Assembly (NCBI RefSeq): GCF_016432865.1
Contig: NC_067401.1
Coordinates: 744,001 to 808,000 of the forward strand
Source: Antechinus flavipes
Taxonomy: Eukaryota
Direction of reading: 5' to 3'
Length of the DNA stretch: 64,000 nt
Positions 11,810-23,357 of the stretch are shown here, in pieces (the stretch's first letter is position 1; every line of letters begins with the position of its first letter). The translations under genes were made by a program, and so were the position numbers. The notes beneath the pieces were generated by a model, which searched no databases, was not told the DNA's origin, and saw only the letters and a list, made by a program, of their open reading frames with translations.

Positions 11810-11950
11810 ATTGTTTTTTTTTTTTTTTTGGCAAGGCAATTGCCCAGGGTCACACAACTAGGAAGAGTTAAGTGTCTAATGCCAAATTTGAGCCGAAGTC
11901 GTCCTGACTTCAGGGCTAATGCTCTAGCCACTGGGCCATCTGACTGCCCC
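11810..11950 (-). mobile_element. CORE-SINE (WSINE1-like), internally deleted
   Basis: Poly-T then reverse complement of gggcagtcagatggcccagtggctagagcattagccctgaagtcaggacga..; imperfect AGGAATTGG..GTTTT TSD. Confidence 0.8.
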
Positions 11951-12520
11951 AGGAATTGGGGTTTTGACAAGCCATTCAATGAAAGAGGAAACATGAACAT
12001 ATATGGAAGATCTGATGGATTTATTAAGTTGTTAAGTAGGAGTAAATCAGTGCAATAAAGAGTGGTTTCCTTAGCTGGGGAGGTGCCCAGAAAGAGATGT
12101 GAAAGGGGTCATAACCCCCAGCCTCCTGGAGGGCCTAAAACTGGTCAGGAATAAGCTGAATCTCTTCCCCTTGGTCACTGAGGGAGCACTTTCAGGTTTG
12201 CAGAGTTTCATATCTATGGAATCCTATGTTGTCCTCATTATAAATCAGTTGGGCTTCCTCTTCACCTTAAAGATGTAAAAACTGAAGTAGAGGCGTGACC
12301 TGACGGGTCACCCAGTGGGAGAGTCAAAGCCAGTTCTTCCAGTCAAAGCCAGTTCAGTTCTTGAACTCCAAGCCAAAAGATCTTTCCTTCAATTGAGATG
12401 GAGGTTTCAGAGAGAGTCTTTCTGGGAAAACCGTCTCCTTCTCACTGGGAATTGTATAGGACCAGGAAAGACTTCTCCAGTGGGCCAGCTAAGCTGTGCC
12501 TCAGTAATCCAAAGACTTGC

Positions 12521-13042
12521 TCAGCAGCAGGAGGGGGCACAGGATGGTCCACAGACAAGGGAGGTGCAGGAGGCTGGCTGGCAGCAAGATGTCTGGCAGG
12601 AGAGGACCCCACAGACCACAGGCTTGCAGCAGATGGGCACGCACACAGCAGGTTTGCAGCAGACAGGCACACAGCAGGCAGACTGGCAGGGGCTGGACAC
12701 ACAGCAAGAGGGGCTACAGGGACTAGCCTGGCAGCAGTTGGACTGGCAGGGGCTGGACACACAGCAGCTGGATTGGCAGGGGCTGGACACACAGCAAGAG
12801 GGGCTGCAGGGACTGGCCTGGCAGCAGCTGGACTGGCAGGGGCTGGACACACAGCAGGAGGGGGAGCAGCTGCCAGCTCCACAGACTGCCTGGCAGCTGG
12901 TCACTATAGGGCACGCTGGGCGGCACAGCAGGGCCACACAGGAGGCCGGGCGGCAGCAAGGACGGACACAGCAGACGGGCTTGCAGCACACGGGCACGGA
13001 GCAGGTGGGCTGGCAGCCAGTGGAGCAGCTGGTGTGGCACAT
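12521..13042 (-). CDS. KRTAP12: Keratin-associated protein 12-like #2, 173 aa
   Basis: ATG 13042, TGA 12521-12523; MCHTSCSTGCQPTC; TATAAAA on minus at 13126-13132; candidate AATAAA on minus at 12020-12025. Confidence 0.92.
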   Translation of the reverse strand: MCHTSCSTGCQPTCSVPVCCKPVCCVRPCCRPASCVALLCRPACPIVTSCQAVCGAGSCSPSCCVSSPCQSSCCQASPCSPSCCVSSPCQSSCCVSSPCQSNCCQASPCSPSCCVSSPCQSACCVPVCCKPAVCVPICCKPVVCGVLSCQTSCCQPASCTSLVCGPSCAPSCC

Positions 13043-13138
13043 GGTGGGTGGGTGGGGAGGATTTTCAGTAGAGGAGTGTAGGAGGAGGGATGGATTTGGA
13101 GTGCTCCTTCTCCTCTGCCCCAGGCTTTTATACTCCTT

Positions 13139-13143
<5 letters not shown>

Positions 13144-13185
<42 letters not shown>
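13144..13185 (-). repeat. (CA)21 on minus strand just upstream of the TATA of KRTAP12-like #2
   Basis: (TG)21 on plus; same position as the (CA)22 of gene #1. Confidence 0.97.
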
Positions 13186-13186
<1 letters not shown>

Positions 13187-15316
13187 ACGCCACAGCAACA
13201 AACACAGCAGATGCTTTCCTTACATCCTCCCCTAGCATCTTAATAGCCTGTTGCATTGTTTCCTGAGACGGGGATCATGGGACACCACCCCTAGAGTTAG
13301 AAGGGAACCTTAGAAACCAGCCAATCTAATTCTTTCACTTTACAAATGAGAAAAGAGAGCCAGATCCCTAGAGATACTTTTCCAGGATCACTGGCCCAGG
13401 GCGGTCCCCCAGCCTCTACCCTTCTCTCCATAGAGACGAGCTCCTGCTTCTTTAGGATTCATACCCCAAACCTGCTGGTCACGTGCCCAAGTCAGACTAC
13501 ATGTGCCTGATTTCTGTGCTGGGTGGGGGTGGGGGGCAAGGCTCCTAAGTCATCACAATGTGAATTAATAGGGTGCTTCTAACCCCTCTGCACTTGTTAT
13601 CCAGATTGTCCAGCCCCCAGACTCTCACTGCCAGCTTCTCCCTGTACATCTTGTGTAACTCTCCATTTCCAGCATTTTCCCAGGGCTTCCCACTGTACAG
13701 GACATTGTGCCAGGCTCTAAGTTCCCTTGGGGTGCCAGCCCTCTCTGGCATCAGGCAGTTCCCGGTGAGACAAGGAGGCCACCGTGAGAAAGGAGAATGA
13801 AGGAGGGTCCTCCCCATCTCCAGTGCCTCCCCCATCACCCACCCTGACACAAACGTGCATGTGCTTATGGTTCTCTTGTTCACTGGGCACAGGCATTGGG
13901 GGAGTAGCAGGAGGAGGCTTCTCTCCGGGCGCTCTCCTCCCCAGCTATCAGGTGACTGGCAGGCCAAGCCGAGCCCCTCACTCCTGGGTCAGTGCTGTGC
14001 ATCCAGGCCTTTCCCCCGTCCTTCCCCCACAGGACGAAGTCGCAGCTCCATAGGCCGGGTTGGCCGGTCAGCAGCACCTGGGGAGACGGGCCTTTACCCT
14101 CCACTTCTGCCTGGTGCCCAGAAGAGGTCCTGTCTTCTCACTACTCTTCTCATGAGTTTGCTCCAGGCTTTGGCACAAGGCCCACAGCCCACTTCAGAGA
14201 CCACTCGAGGCCCCCTGAGGACTTGGGGGCCAGAATAAAGGGAAGCTGGGCTCCAGACTGGCCCACCAGAAGCAGGGCTGGGATTTGAAGCCAGGGCCAC
14301 TGAGGCTTTTCAGCAAAACTTCTCTGATTGTCTCAGACCCCGGCTTCTAAACGTGGGCTCCCTTGACCAGAGACCTCCCCCATCTGTAAAGTTGGGGAAC
14401 TGTCACCTTGGTTTGCACTAAGCCTCAGTTTCCTGCGTATTTCATTTTCATTCATTCAAAAACAAGGCCATGAGAAGGGGTCCAGACCCAAGGTCCCCTC
14501 AGACCGGGAGTCCTGGGGGGACCAAGGAGAGCCTTCTCCCCTCAGAGGTCCCATAGCTGTTGGCGGCAGCATTCTCTCATTCCTATGTGTACATATATTC
14601 TCTTATTTCTAGGTATATATACTAACAGATACCCAGTGATGGTCCCAAAGGGAGGAAGGGAGTCTGCTGAGGCCCTGAGGCGGGCAGGGATAGCACGCTG
14701 CCCTTGGAGGCAGGAAGGCTGGCATGCGAAGGCTGCCTCAGATGATGACCCTGGGCTGACCCCAGGCAAGGCACAGAAGCTCACTGTAGTCTCTGTCCCA
14801 CTGTGTCTGGGATCCTTACTGTCGGGGGACCTTGTACAAGTCACTTCATTTCCAGTCCCCTGGCAGACACGCCCTGCAAGGTGGAGGGGGTTTCCTTGCT
14901 GGGGAGCTCCCAGGAGCCCCTCCTAGCTGCAGCAGAGCTCAGCAGAGAGGCTCCGTTGAGTTCTGGCCTAATGGGCAGGATGTTTCCAGGGGATGGGGGG
15001 CAAGATGTACGCGGGGCAGGGGGAGCAGCCACTCTGCTTCGAATAGGAGGCAGAGGCAGGATGACAAACAGCTATTCTCCAAGAGCCAAGAAGGATGTGG
15101 AAAAACTCCGCATCTCCCTGTGAGCAGCACGCTCCAGGAAGTTCCACAGCTAAATAAGGTGTTGGAGAGGAAAGGAGGCAAACAGCTGCTGTTTGTTGAG
15201 CCCACACCCGCACTGGGCACAGGGGTATAAAAGCCTTGGACAGAGGGGAAGGAGCACTCCAAACCCATCCCTCCTCCTCCGCTCCTTTCCTGAAAATCCT
15301 CCCCACCCCACCCACC

Positions 15317-15808
15317 ATGTGCCACACCAGCTGCTCCCCTGGCTGCCAGCCAGCCTGCTCCGTGCCGGTGTGCTGCAAGCCCGTGTGCTGTGTCCAGCCT
15401 TGCTGCCGCCCGGCCTCCTGTGTGGCCCTGCTGTGCCGCCCAGCGTGCCCTGTGGTGACCAGCTGCCAGGCAGTCTGTGGAGCTGGCAGCTGCTCCCCCT
15501 CGTGCTGTGTGTCCAGCCCCTGCCAGTCCAGCTGTTGTGTGTCCAGCCCCTGCCAGTCCAGCTGCTGCCAGGCTAGTCCCTGCAGCCCCTCTTGCTGTGT
15601 GTCCACCCCCTGCCAGTCTGCCTGCTGCGTGCCAGTCTGCTGCAAACCCTCCGTGTGTGTGCCAGTCTGCTGCAAACCTGCCGTATGTGTGCCAGTCTGC
15701 TGCAAGCCTGTGACCTGTGGGGCCCCCTCCTGCCAGGCCTCCTGCTGCCAGCCAGCTTCCTGCACCTCCCTGCTCTGTGGACCCTCCTGTGCCCCCTCCT
15801 GCTGCTGA
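15317..15808 (+). CDS. KRTAP12: Keratin-associated protein 12-like #3, 163 aa
   Basis: CCACCATG; MCHTSCSPGCQPAC; TATAAAA 15226-15232, AATAAA 16065-16070. Confidence 0.92.
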   Translation: MCHTSCSPGCQPACSVPVCCKPVCCVQPCCRPASCVALLCRPACPVVTSCQAVCGAGSCSPSCCVSSPCQSSCCVSSPCQSSCCQASPCSPSCCVSTPCQSACCVPVCCKPSVCVPVCCKPAVCVPVCCKPVTCGAPSCQASCCQPASCTSLLCGPSCAPSCC

Positions 15809-16724
15809 CCAGCTGTCCTCCAAGCCACCCTTTCCCATCTGTCCTGTGTGTGCGGTGACCATGTGATCACAGCCAGTCTCGCGGCGGGGACTAATCTGAA
15901 CTCACATGTGCCAGCGCCGACTTTCCCTCAGTCTGCTCTGTGGAGAGGCCATCAGTTGCTGACTCTCCCAGTCTTCCTCCCAGCAGCTTCCTCTTCGAAG
16001 CGCTCTCCAGCCTCCAGGGTCTGCTTGCTCACAGAGCCCCTGAGTTCTGCGGGCTCAGGAGCTTAATAAATCCCCGAGGAGCCCTCTCCGCTGCCTCAGA
16101 CTCTTGTTGCTTCATTTCTGGGGCCCGACGATGCCGGCCTCCAGGGGAGGGCCAGTCAGGGGAGAGCCTGGCGTCCCGGGCGCCAGCTCGGCCCGAGGGG
16201 AAGCTTTCATTTCTGTGCGGGGTTGGGGACGTGTAGAGTCACAGGGTGGGATTTAAAGCATAGCACGGGACTGCCCACAAAGAGCCGGCTGGGGAAAAGC
16301 CCATTTTGGAAGGAGATCCGCCCTTCCAGCTGGGGGAGGGGTGAGCTGGGCTAGCCCCTGTGGCAACTCGAGACATCTCAGTGCCAGGGTGGTGCCTCCT
16401 GTTGCCCTGAGGGACACAGAGGAGCCCCCAACCCTTTCCAATCCACGTGTTGGTCCCTGGCTCTTCTACCATCTGTCACGATTTGTGAGTTTATTTCCCG
16501 CCCCTCATAAACCAGCCTTATTCAAAGCTCAGATTGTGTTGAGGACCTACCTCACGCTAATGGAGCCGTGAGCTCAGGGCTGTGGGCGTTTCCTTCCATG
16601 AAGAAAACCACCACTCTCCCAGCAGCCAGAGCCTGGTGACCTCCTCCTGACACTGTAAGGTCCCTTCCCAGCATCCCTCACTCACCAGCCCATCTCTTCT
16701 TCCTGCGTAGCAAGCTATACGTGG

Positions 16725-17049
16725 NNNNNNNNNNNNNNNNNNNNNNNNNNNNNNNNNNNNNNNNNNNNNNNNNNNNNNNNNNNNNNNNNNNNNNNNNNNN
16801 NNNNNNNNNNNNNNNNNNNNNNNNNNNNNNNNNNNNNNNNNNNNNNNNNNNNNNNNNNNNNNNNNNNNNNNNNNNNNNNNNNNNNNNNNNNNNNNNNNNN
16901 NNNNNNNNNNNNNNNNNNNNNNNNNNNNNNNNNNNNNNNNNNNNNNNNNNNNNNNNNNNNNNNNNNNNNNNNNNNNNNNNNNNNNNNNNNNNNNNNNNNN
17001 NNNNNNNNNNNNNNNNNNNNNNNNNNNNNNNNNNNNNNNNNNNNNNNNN
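16725..17049. other. Assembly gap (325 N), followed by a CA-rich microsatellite to about 17145
   Basis: Run of N. Confidence 0.99.
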
Positions 17050-17110
17050 ATATACACACACTCACACATATACACACACTCACACATATACACACACTCA
17101 CACTCACACA

Positions 17111-17145
<35 letters not shown>

Positions 17146-18951
17146 CTTGGAATTGGTCAAGCATTGGTCTGGTTAAATGCTCAGGGTCTTGCAATCTGTT
17201 CTCACGTAGACTCTCAGCATTGTCCAGTGAGAGTGATACAGGTGCTCTCGGGGACATCACTGACATGTTTCGTGGCCCTTGAGCAATTGTAGCCAAGAAG
17301 GCACACGGGAGAATCTGGTGTTTTGGGAGAGCTCTGATGGGGGGGATGATGCGCCCAACAGCCAGCTTGTGGGAAGCTCCTTCCCAAGAGGAGGGGGGAC
17401 CAAGCGCAAGTTTGCACAACGCAGTCAGTGACCCAGGAGCATGTCTGGGGGCGAGGAGCTGAACCTGAAGGCAAGCCATCCATCCACCCTGTCTGATAGG
17501 CTCCCTGAAGGCTGGTCCTTAGGTTTCAGGTCATATCAGTAATATCGGGAGCAGCCAAGGGGAGATATAAGAGTAGAGCAGAGGCCAGGATGCGTGGGCG
17601 CAGCCGGCGCCCACAGAGAGGATTCGCCCTGCAGAGGAAGGCAGCGTAGAACAGTCATCAGTCTTTCCTAGTGATAGTTCTCCAGCATTGGGAAACTAGA
17701 CAGAGAACACTCACGTGCAGTGCAACGGAGCTGTTCTCAGCCCCTTTAGCAAGGGGATGTTATCACTGGACCGGCCCTCTCTCCCTTAATTTGCTGTCTC
17801 CCGATCCCTGGGCTGGTGGACAGCTCACTAGGGCAAGGGCCCTCTGCTAAGACGGTATCTCAGCAGGGCCCATGTGGAACCTTGGGATGACTGGGCATGA
17901 GGGCACAGAACTGGAACTAGGAATGATGTGAGGGAATGAAGGGGCATGAAGCAGAGCCAATCTCCCTCCGGTTTTCTTTTAGAAGCTGGGCAACAAGCAG
18001 AGCGGCAGGCGGTGGATGACTCCATCTGGAGAGAGATTGGGAATGATGCTCAGTCAGAAATCTGGGCCCTTGGCGAGGGGCACATGTATTTGCCCTTGGA
18101 AGAATCTGCACTGACAAGTCCCAGAAAGGGAAATGATCGTATCACCTCAGAGCACGGAGAGGCGCTAGATCTGCCTGTGGACTTTGTGCTTCAGTCACCG
18201 TAGCCCAGCATTTGACCCTGGCACCTGGGGGCCTGTTCCACCAATCTGCTGTCTGCTGTGCACAGCTTACATAACCTGCTTCAGGACAAAGTGATTTCGT
18301 GGTCTCTGCTGTCCCACCTCCAGCGCTTAGAGCTGGGGATCGAGTCATTGAGCTCAATTTATATGAAGGAGATGTTAAGGTCAAAGAGTAGGAGGAGAAA
18401 GAGAATTAATGGAAGAACGCAGATGCACCAGATACCAGCTCTGCATTTCCTTTACCTGCTCCAGCTCGAGCAGGGGAGCTCTGGCACTGATATCTTGCAT
18501 CCACAGCTTTCATCACCCCATGATCTATCTCTGCCCCCCTTGTCCATACAAAAGGTGCATTTTGGGGGGACTATATAAATGCTCCCTCTTCTATGCCTTT
18601 CTGTGGAAGGACAGCGTTGGAAAACATGTGTCCCGGACCTCAAATTATATTATAAAGCAGCAGTCATCAGAATCATTTAGTGTGGTTAAAGAACAGAGAA
18701 ATAAATCAACAAATCAGACTAGCCAATGGGGGGCTAGAATCAGAGACGGTAGAAATCAGTAACCCAATAATGGTTGATAAAGTAGAAAATATAAATACTG
18801 AGGGAAAAACTCCTTACTCAATACAAACTGCTAGGAAGACTGGAAAGCAGGCTGGTGGAAATTAGGTTTAGACCAACACTTACAACACATTCCCCAGACA
18901 CTCTAGTTGGATATGCAAATTTAATATTAAAGCTCATATTATAAACAAATT

Positions 18952-19158
18952 GGGCAGCTAGGTGGCACCACACTGCACAGAGTACCTAGAGTCAAAAATA
19001 CTCCTCTCCTTGAGTTCAAATCCAACCTCAGACACTCACCGGATGTGGGACCCTGGGCAAGGCACTTTACCCTATTTGCCTCCCTTTTCTCATCTGCAAA
19101 TTGAGTTGGAGAAAGAAGGATATTTGCCCAGAAAACTTCAAATGAAGTCCCAAAGAAT
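18952..19158 (+). mobile_element. CORE-SINE (Mar1/MIR-related)
   Basis: gggcagctaggtggcacc..gagttcaaatcc..cctcagacact..ctgggcaag..tctcatctgcaaa..gactgaacaacaa. Confidence 0.75.
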
Positions 19159-19189
19159 AAGACCTGACTGAACAACAAATAATATAAAT

Positions 19190-20330
19190 AAACAAATAGA
19201 AAAGATCATATACCTACCACAGGTACGAATAAGAGATATATCCTTAACCAAACAAAAGATAAAATTGGTCACTTTGATTACTTGGAACTAAGAAGCTTTT
19301 GCACAGACAACATTAATGTACCTAGGATGAGAAGGAAGTAGTTGAATGGAAAAATATCAGATTTTTCTGATAAGGGTTTGATATCCAAGATATATAAACA
19401 AATAATAAACGTGTGTGTGTGTGTGTGTGTGTGTGTAAAAGACTAACACCCATTCCCCAATAAATGTTCAAAAGATATAAACAAAATTTTCAAAAGAAGG
19501 ATTGCAAATTATTCACAACCACATGAATGAATGCTCCAGATCACTAATAATAAGAAAAATGCAAATCAAAACAACTCAGAGGTTTCATTCCATACTCTGC
19601 AAATAGATTAAAACCAACAGTCAATATTGGAGTGTAATACTAATTGGAGGGTAGGATAGTATACTAATACATTGTTGGAGCAGCCGTGAAACTCTCTAGC
19701 CATTTTGGAAAGCAATTTGGAAATATGCAAAAGAAATGTCTAAGAGGTCCATACCTTTTGAACTAGAGACTCCCCTCCTGGCTTATACCCAAGGAAGCCA
19801 TTAATAGGAAGAAAATCCTTATATATCCCAGAATATTAATAGTGGTACTTTTTGTGATAGCTGAACCAAAAACAAAGTAGATGCCCATCAAATGAGGAAG
19901 AGCTAAGCAAATTGTAGCACACGAAGGTGAAACTGGACTAAAAAGTGATATATGTAATGAATACGAGAATCGTGAGAAAACTACATGAACGGATGCAGAG
20001 TGAAATCAGCAGAGCCGAGTAAACAATCTACACAGTAATAATAATAATGGAAATGGAAAGAATAATGACACATGATAGGAAAATTATATAAAGACCAAGT
20101 GAGCCTCAGATGAAGAGATGAGAGGACACTCCCTGTGCAACTTTTTGTGACCCATCACACATGTTTTCAGACTTTCCCCATGAATTGAGCACTTTTTCTT
20201 TCTAAAAAGTACTATTTGTCATATGAGCAGACTCTCTGGGAGGAGGAAGGACACTTGGAATAACTATGATGATGTAAAAAACAGAAAGTCTCAATAAAAA
20301 CTTATGAGAGAAAAGGATGGGACAAAGATT
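19190..20330 (+). mobile_element. Old L1 ORF2-end/3'UTR fragment with internal (TG)n
   Basis: Decayed L1 motifs (gctccagatcactaataataagaaaaatgcaaatcaaaacaactc; ccattttggaaagcaatttgg). Confidence 0.8.
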
Positions 20331-20688
20331 GCTATGTCACTGATTAAATGAATTTATTAAGTGGACGTTGCCGTTTAGGGCAGAATCGGAACCCAAAGAT
20401 GCAGTTACAAAGTGGTGTTCCTGAAAGAGAAGGGCTATAATGGCCTTGAACTGGTCAAGGAGAAGATCAGAATCTTTGGATCCAAAGGATCTTTATTCCA
20501 CAGAGGTCATGGGAAGTGAGTTATTGAACCATCGAAAGTCCTAGGTCAACAGCAGAGCTTCAAGCAAGCTTCAAGGGGAAAGGCCCCTTAAAATGGGTCA
20601 ACAAGGCTCTGAACACAATGGTCTGAGGAGTTGATTTTCAAGGCTCATCTCCTTCTCTAATGGAAATGTGGCAGTTTGGACAGTGTGA

Positions 20689-21120
20689 TCAGCAGCAAGA
20701 GGGGGCACAGGAGGGTCCACAGACCAAGGAGGTGCAGGAAGCTGGTTGGCAGCAGGAGACCTGGCAGAAAGCAACCCCACAGGTCACAGGCTTGTAGCAC
20801 AAGGGCACACACACAGTAGGTTTGCAACAGACAGGCACGCAGCAGGCAGACTGGCAGGGGCTACACACACAGCAGACAGGGCTGCAGGGGCTAGCCTGGC
20901 AGCAGCTGGACTGGCAGGGGCTGGACACACAGCACGAGGGGGAGCAGCTGCCAGCTCCACAGACTGCCTGGCAGCTGGTCACCACAGGGCACGCTGGGCG
21001 GCACAGCAGGGCCACACAGGAGGCCGGGCAACAGCAAGGACGGACACAGCAGACGGGCTTGCAGCACACGGGCACGGAGCAGGTGGGCTGGCAGCCAGGG
21101 GAGCAGCTGGTGTGGCACAT
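20689..21120 (-). CDS. KRTAP12: Keratin-associated protein 12-like #4, 143 aa
   Basis: ATG 21120, TGA 20689-20691; TATAAAA on minus at 21205-21211; AATAAA on minus at 20353-20358. Confidence 0.92.
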   Translation of the reverse strand: MCHTSCSPGCQPTCSVPVCCKPVCCVRPCCCPASCVALLCRPACPVVTSCQAVCGAGSCSPSCCVSSPCQSSCCQASPCSPVCCVCSPCQSACCVPVCCKPTVCVPLCYKPVTCGVAFCQVSCCQPASCTSLVCGPSCAPSCC

Positions 21121-22284
21121 AGTGTCTGGGGTGGGGAGGATTTTCAGGAGAGGAGCAGAGGAGGAGGGATGGGTTTGGAGTGCTCCTTCCCCTCCGCCCA
21201 AGGCTTTTATATCCCTCTGCTGAGTGTGTGCATGCACGCAGGTGTACATGTATAGTAACAACAAACACAGCAGCTGCTTTCCTTCTTGTGGTTCCGATAT
21301 TTTCATTCCTTTGCCTCCCTGGCCTTTCCCTCCTATCCCTTCCTCTTTCCCAGGCTTCTCACATTCACAGCCTAAGTGAACTTCCATAAAGTTGGGTGTT
21401 CCCTGGATACGACTAGGGGACACATGTGTGAGCCACCAGCAGAACCTTGGCAGGAGTCACAGGCCCTCCCCTGAGGCTCCAGGTCATAGTGCCCCAAGCT
21501 TTTAGTTTTCAGTTCTGATTGGTTGGTTACTTGGCTACAGAAGCACTGCTGGTCAGTGGCTTCAGCATTTACACATGTACACATCCCTGGACTTGCCCCC
21601 AGGTTTCTGGCTTGATACTCATCGCACAGCCCAGGGCAGGGTGGTGGTGCAACGTTCCCTGCTGAGGGTGGAGAGGGGAAAGGCCCACCCGCCTCTTAAG
21701 CTTGGAGGATTTGAAAGGAGGACAAAGGTAGAAGAGGAAGGATCACTCAGGGACAAATCGTTCATTGAATCACTGATCAGTGAGCCAACTGACAAGTGGG
21801 TCAGAGCCCCTTATTGCTAGGAGATGTGTCAGACCTCATGGAAAATGATAGCTCTCACAGGGTGGTCTGGGAAGTTCCTGGTCCCAGCAACAGCCCAAGG
21901 GCTGCCTTGGATGGAGAACTCCCCTGAACTATGGGAGTCCCCTGCTCCCTTCTGCAAAGGTCTCAAGCTGTCTGCCTCTTTGAGACTTCTTGAAATTAAT
22001 CAAATAGGTATTTATTAAACACCTGCAAAGTGCTGGATGCTGCACTGGCCATCAGAAAGACAAAGATGGAATCGTTCCTGCCTGCAGCAGCTTTCTTTCT
22101 GGTACACAGCTCCCTTTCCGGGTGCCCATAGTGTTCATTAACCTGGTATGAGGAGGACCCTTCCTTCTTCCTCTTCCATGACTGCTCATGGGTTTCCCTT
22201 CTGCCCCCTCCACCCCCCTTCAGTCCCTCCCCCCATAGTAGCAGCTCTCCTTCATGTTCCATTTTGAGATTTGCAAAGCACAAG

Positions 22285-23020
22285 AATCGGAGAATGATTA
22301 GATGCCCATCAGTTGGGGGATGACTGAATAAACTGTGGTATATGAAGAGAATGGAATATTATTGTTCCACAAAATTTATTTAAAATGAACAAGCTGATTT
22401 TAGAAAGGTCTGGAACCAGGAGATCATTATATACTTCAACAACGATACTGTGTGAGGATGGATTCTGATGGAAGTGGATCTCTTCGATAAAGAGAGCTAA
22501 TTCAGTTTCAATTGATCAATGATGGACAGAAGTAGCTACACCCAAAGAAAGAACACTGGGAAATGAATGCAAACTTTGCATTTTTGTTTTTCTTCCTGGG
22601 TTATTTTTACCTTCTGAATCCAATACTCATTCCCCAATAAATGCTCAACTGTGCAACAAGAGAACTATTCGGTCCTGCACACATATATTGTACCTAGGAT
22701 ATGCTGTGACATATTTAACATGTTGCCATCTGGGGGAGAGAGTGGAGGGAGGGGGAAAATTGGAACAGAAGTGAGTGCAAGGGGTAATGTTGTAAAAAAT
22801 TACCCAGGCGTGGGTTCTGTCAATAAAAAGTTATAATTTTTTTTAAATGGTCTGCAAAGATATACATGAACTGATGCTGAGCGAAACTAGCAGAGTCAGG
22901 AGTACACTGTACACACTAACAGCAAGAATGTGGGATGATCAACCATGAAAGACTTGGTCCTTCTCAGTGGTTCAGAGATCCAAAGCAAGCCCAATAGGCT
23001 TTGGACAGAAAATGCCATCT
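22285..23020 (+). mobile_element. L1 3' fragments: a younger 3'UTR (about 22412-22845) inside an older L1
   Basis: Typical marsupial L1 3'UTR (aaccaggagatcattatatacttcaacaacgatac..gggttctgtcaataaaaagttat); older L1 resumes after it. Confidence 0.8.
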
Positions 23021-23357
23021 GGGGCAGTTAGTTGGTGCAGTAGAGCACCTGAAGTCAGGACCACCTGAGGTTTTTTTTTGGGGGGGGGTGTTTTTGATTT
23101 TTATTTAAATTTTTTCTTTTATTAAAATATTTTATTTACAAAACACATGCATGGTAATTTTTCAGCATTGCAGGTATCAATTTGGAGAATGAAGGCACGT
23201 AGGAGCTACCTCCCCAGCTCGCTGTTATGCCCTAGAGAACAAGCTCCATCTGGGAGTTCTCCACCTATTTCTGGCAGGGCCTATGTTCACTTCAGACAGA
23301 TGCTTGAAGTTTGTGTTTGAGTCAGTGGATTGGTCCAGAAACAAACAGCTGGGCATC

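Noticed and set aside
18409-18762. Mildly Cys-enriched ORF as a further KRTAP relic
   Set aside because: Only scattered short matches; no KRTAP leader, pentapeptide repeats or terminal CC motif.
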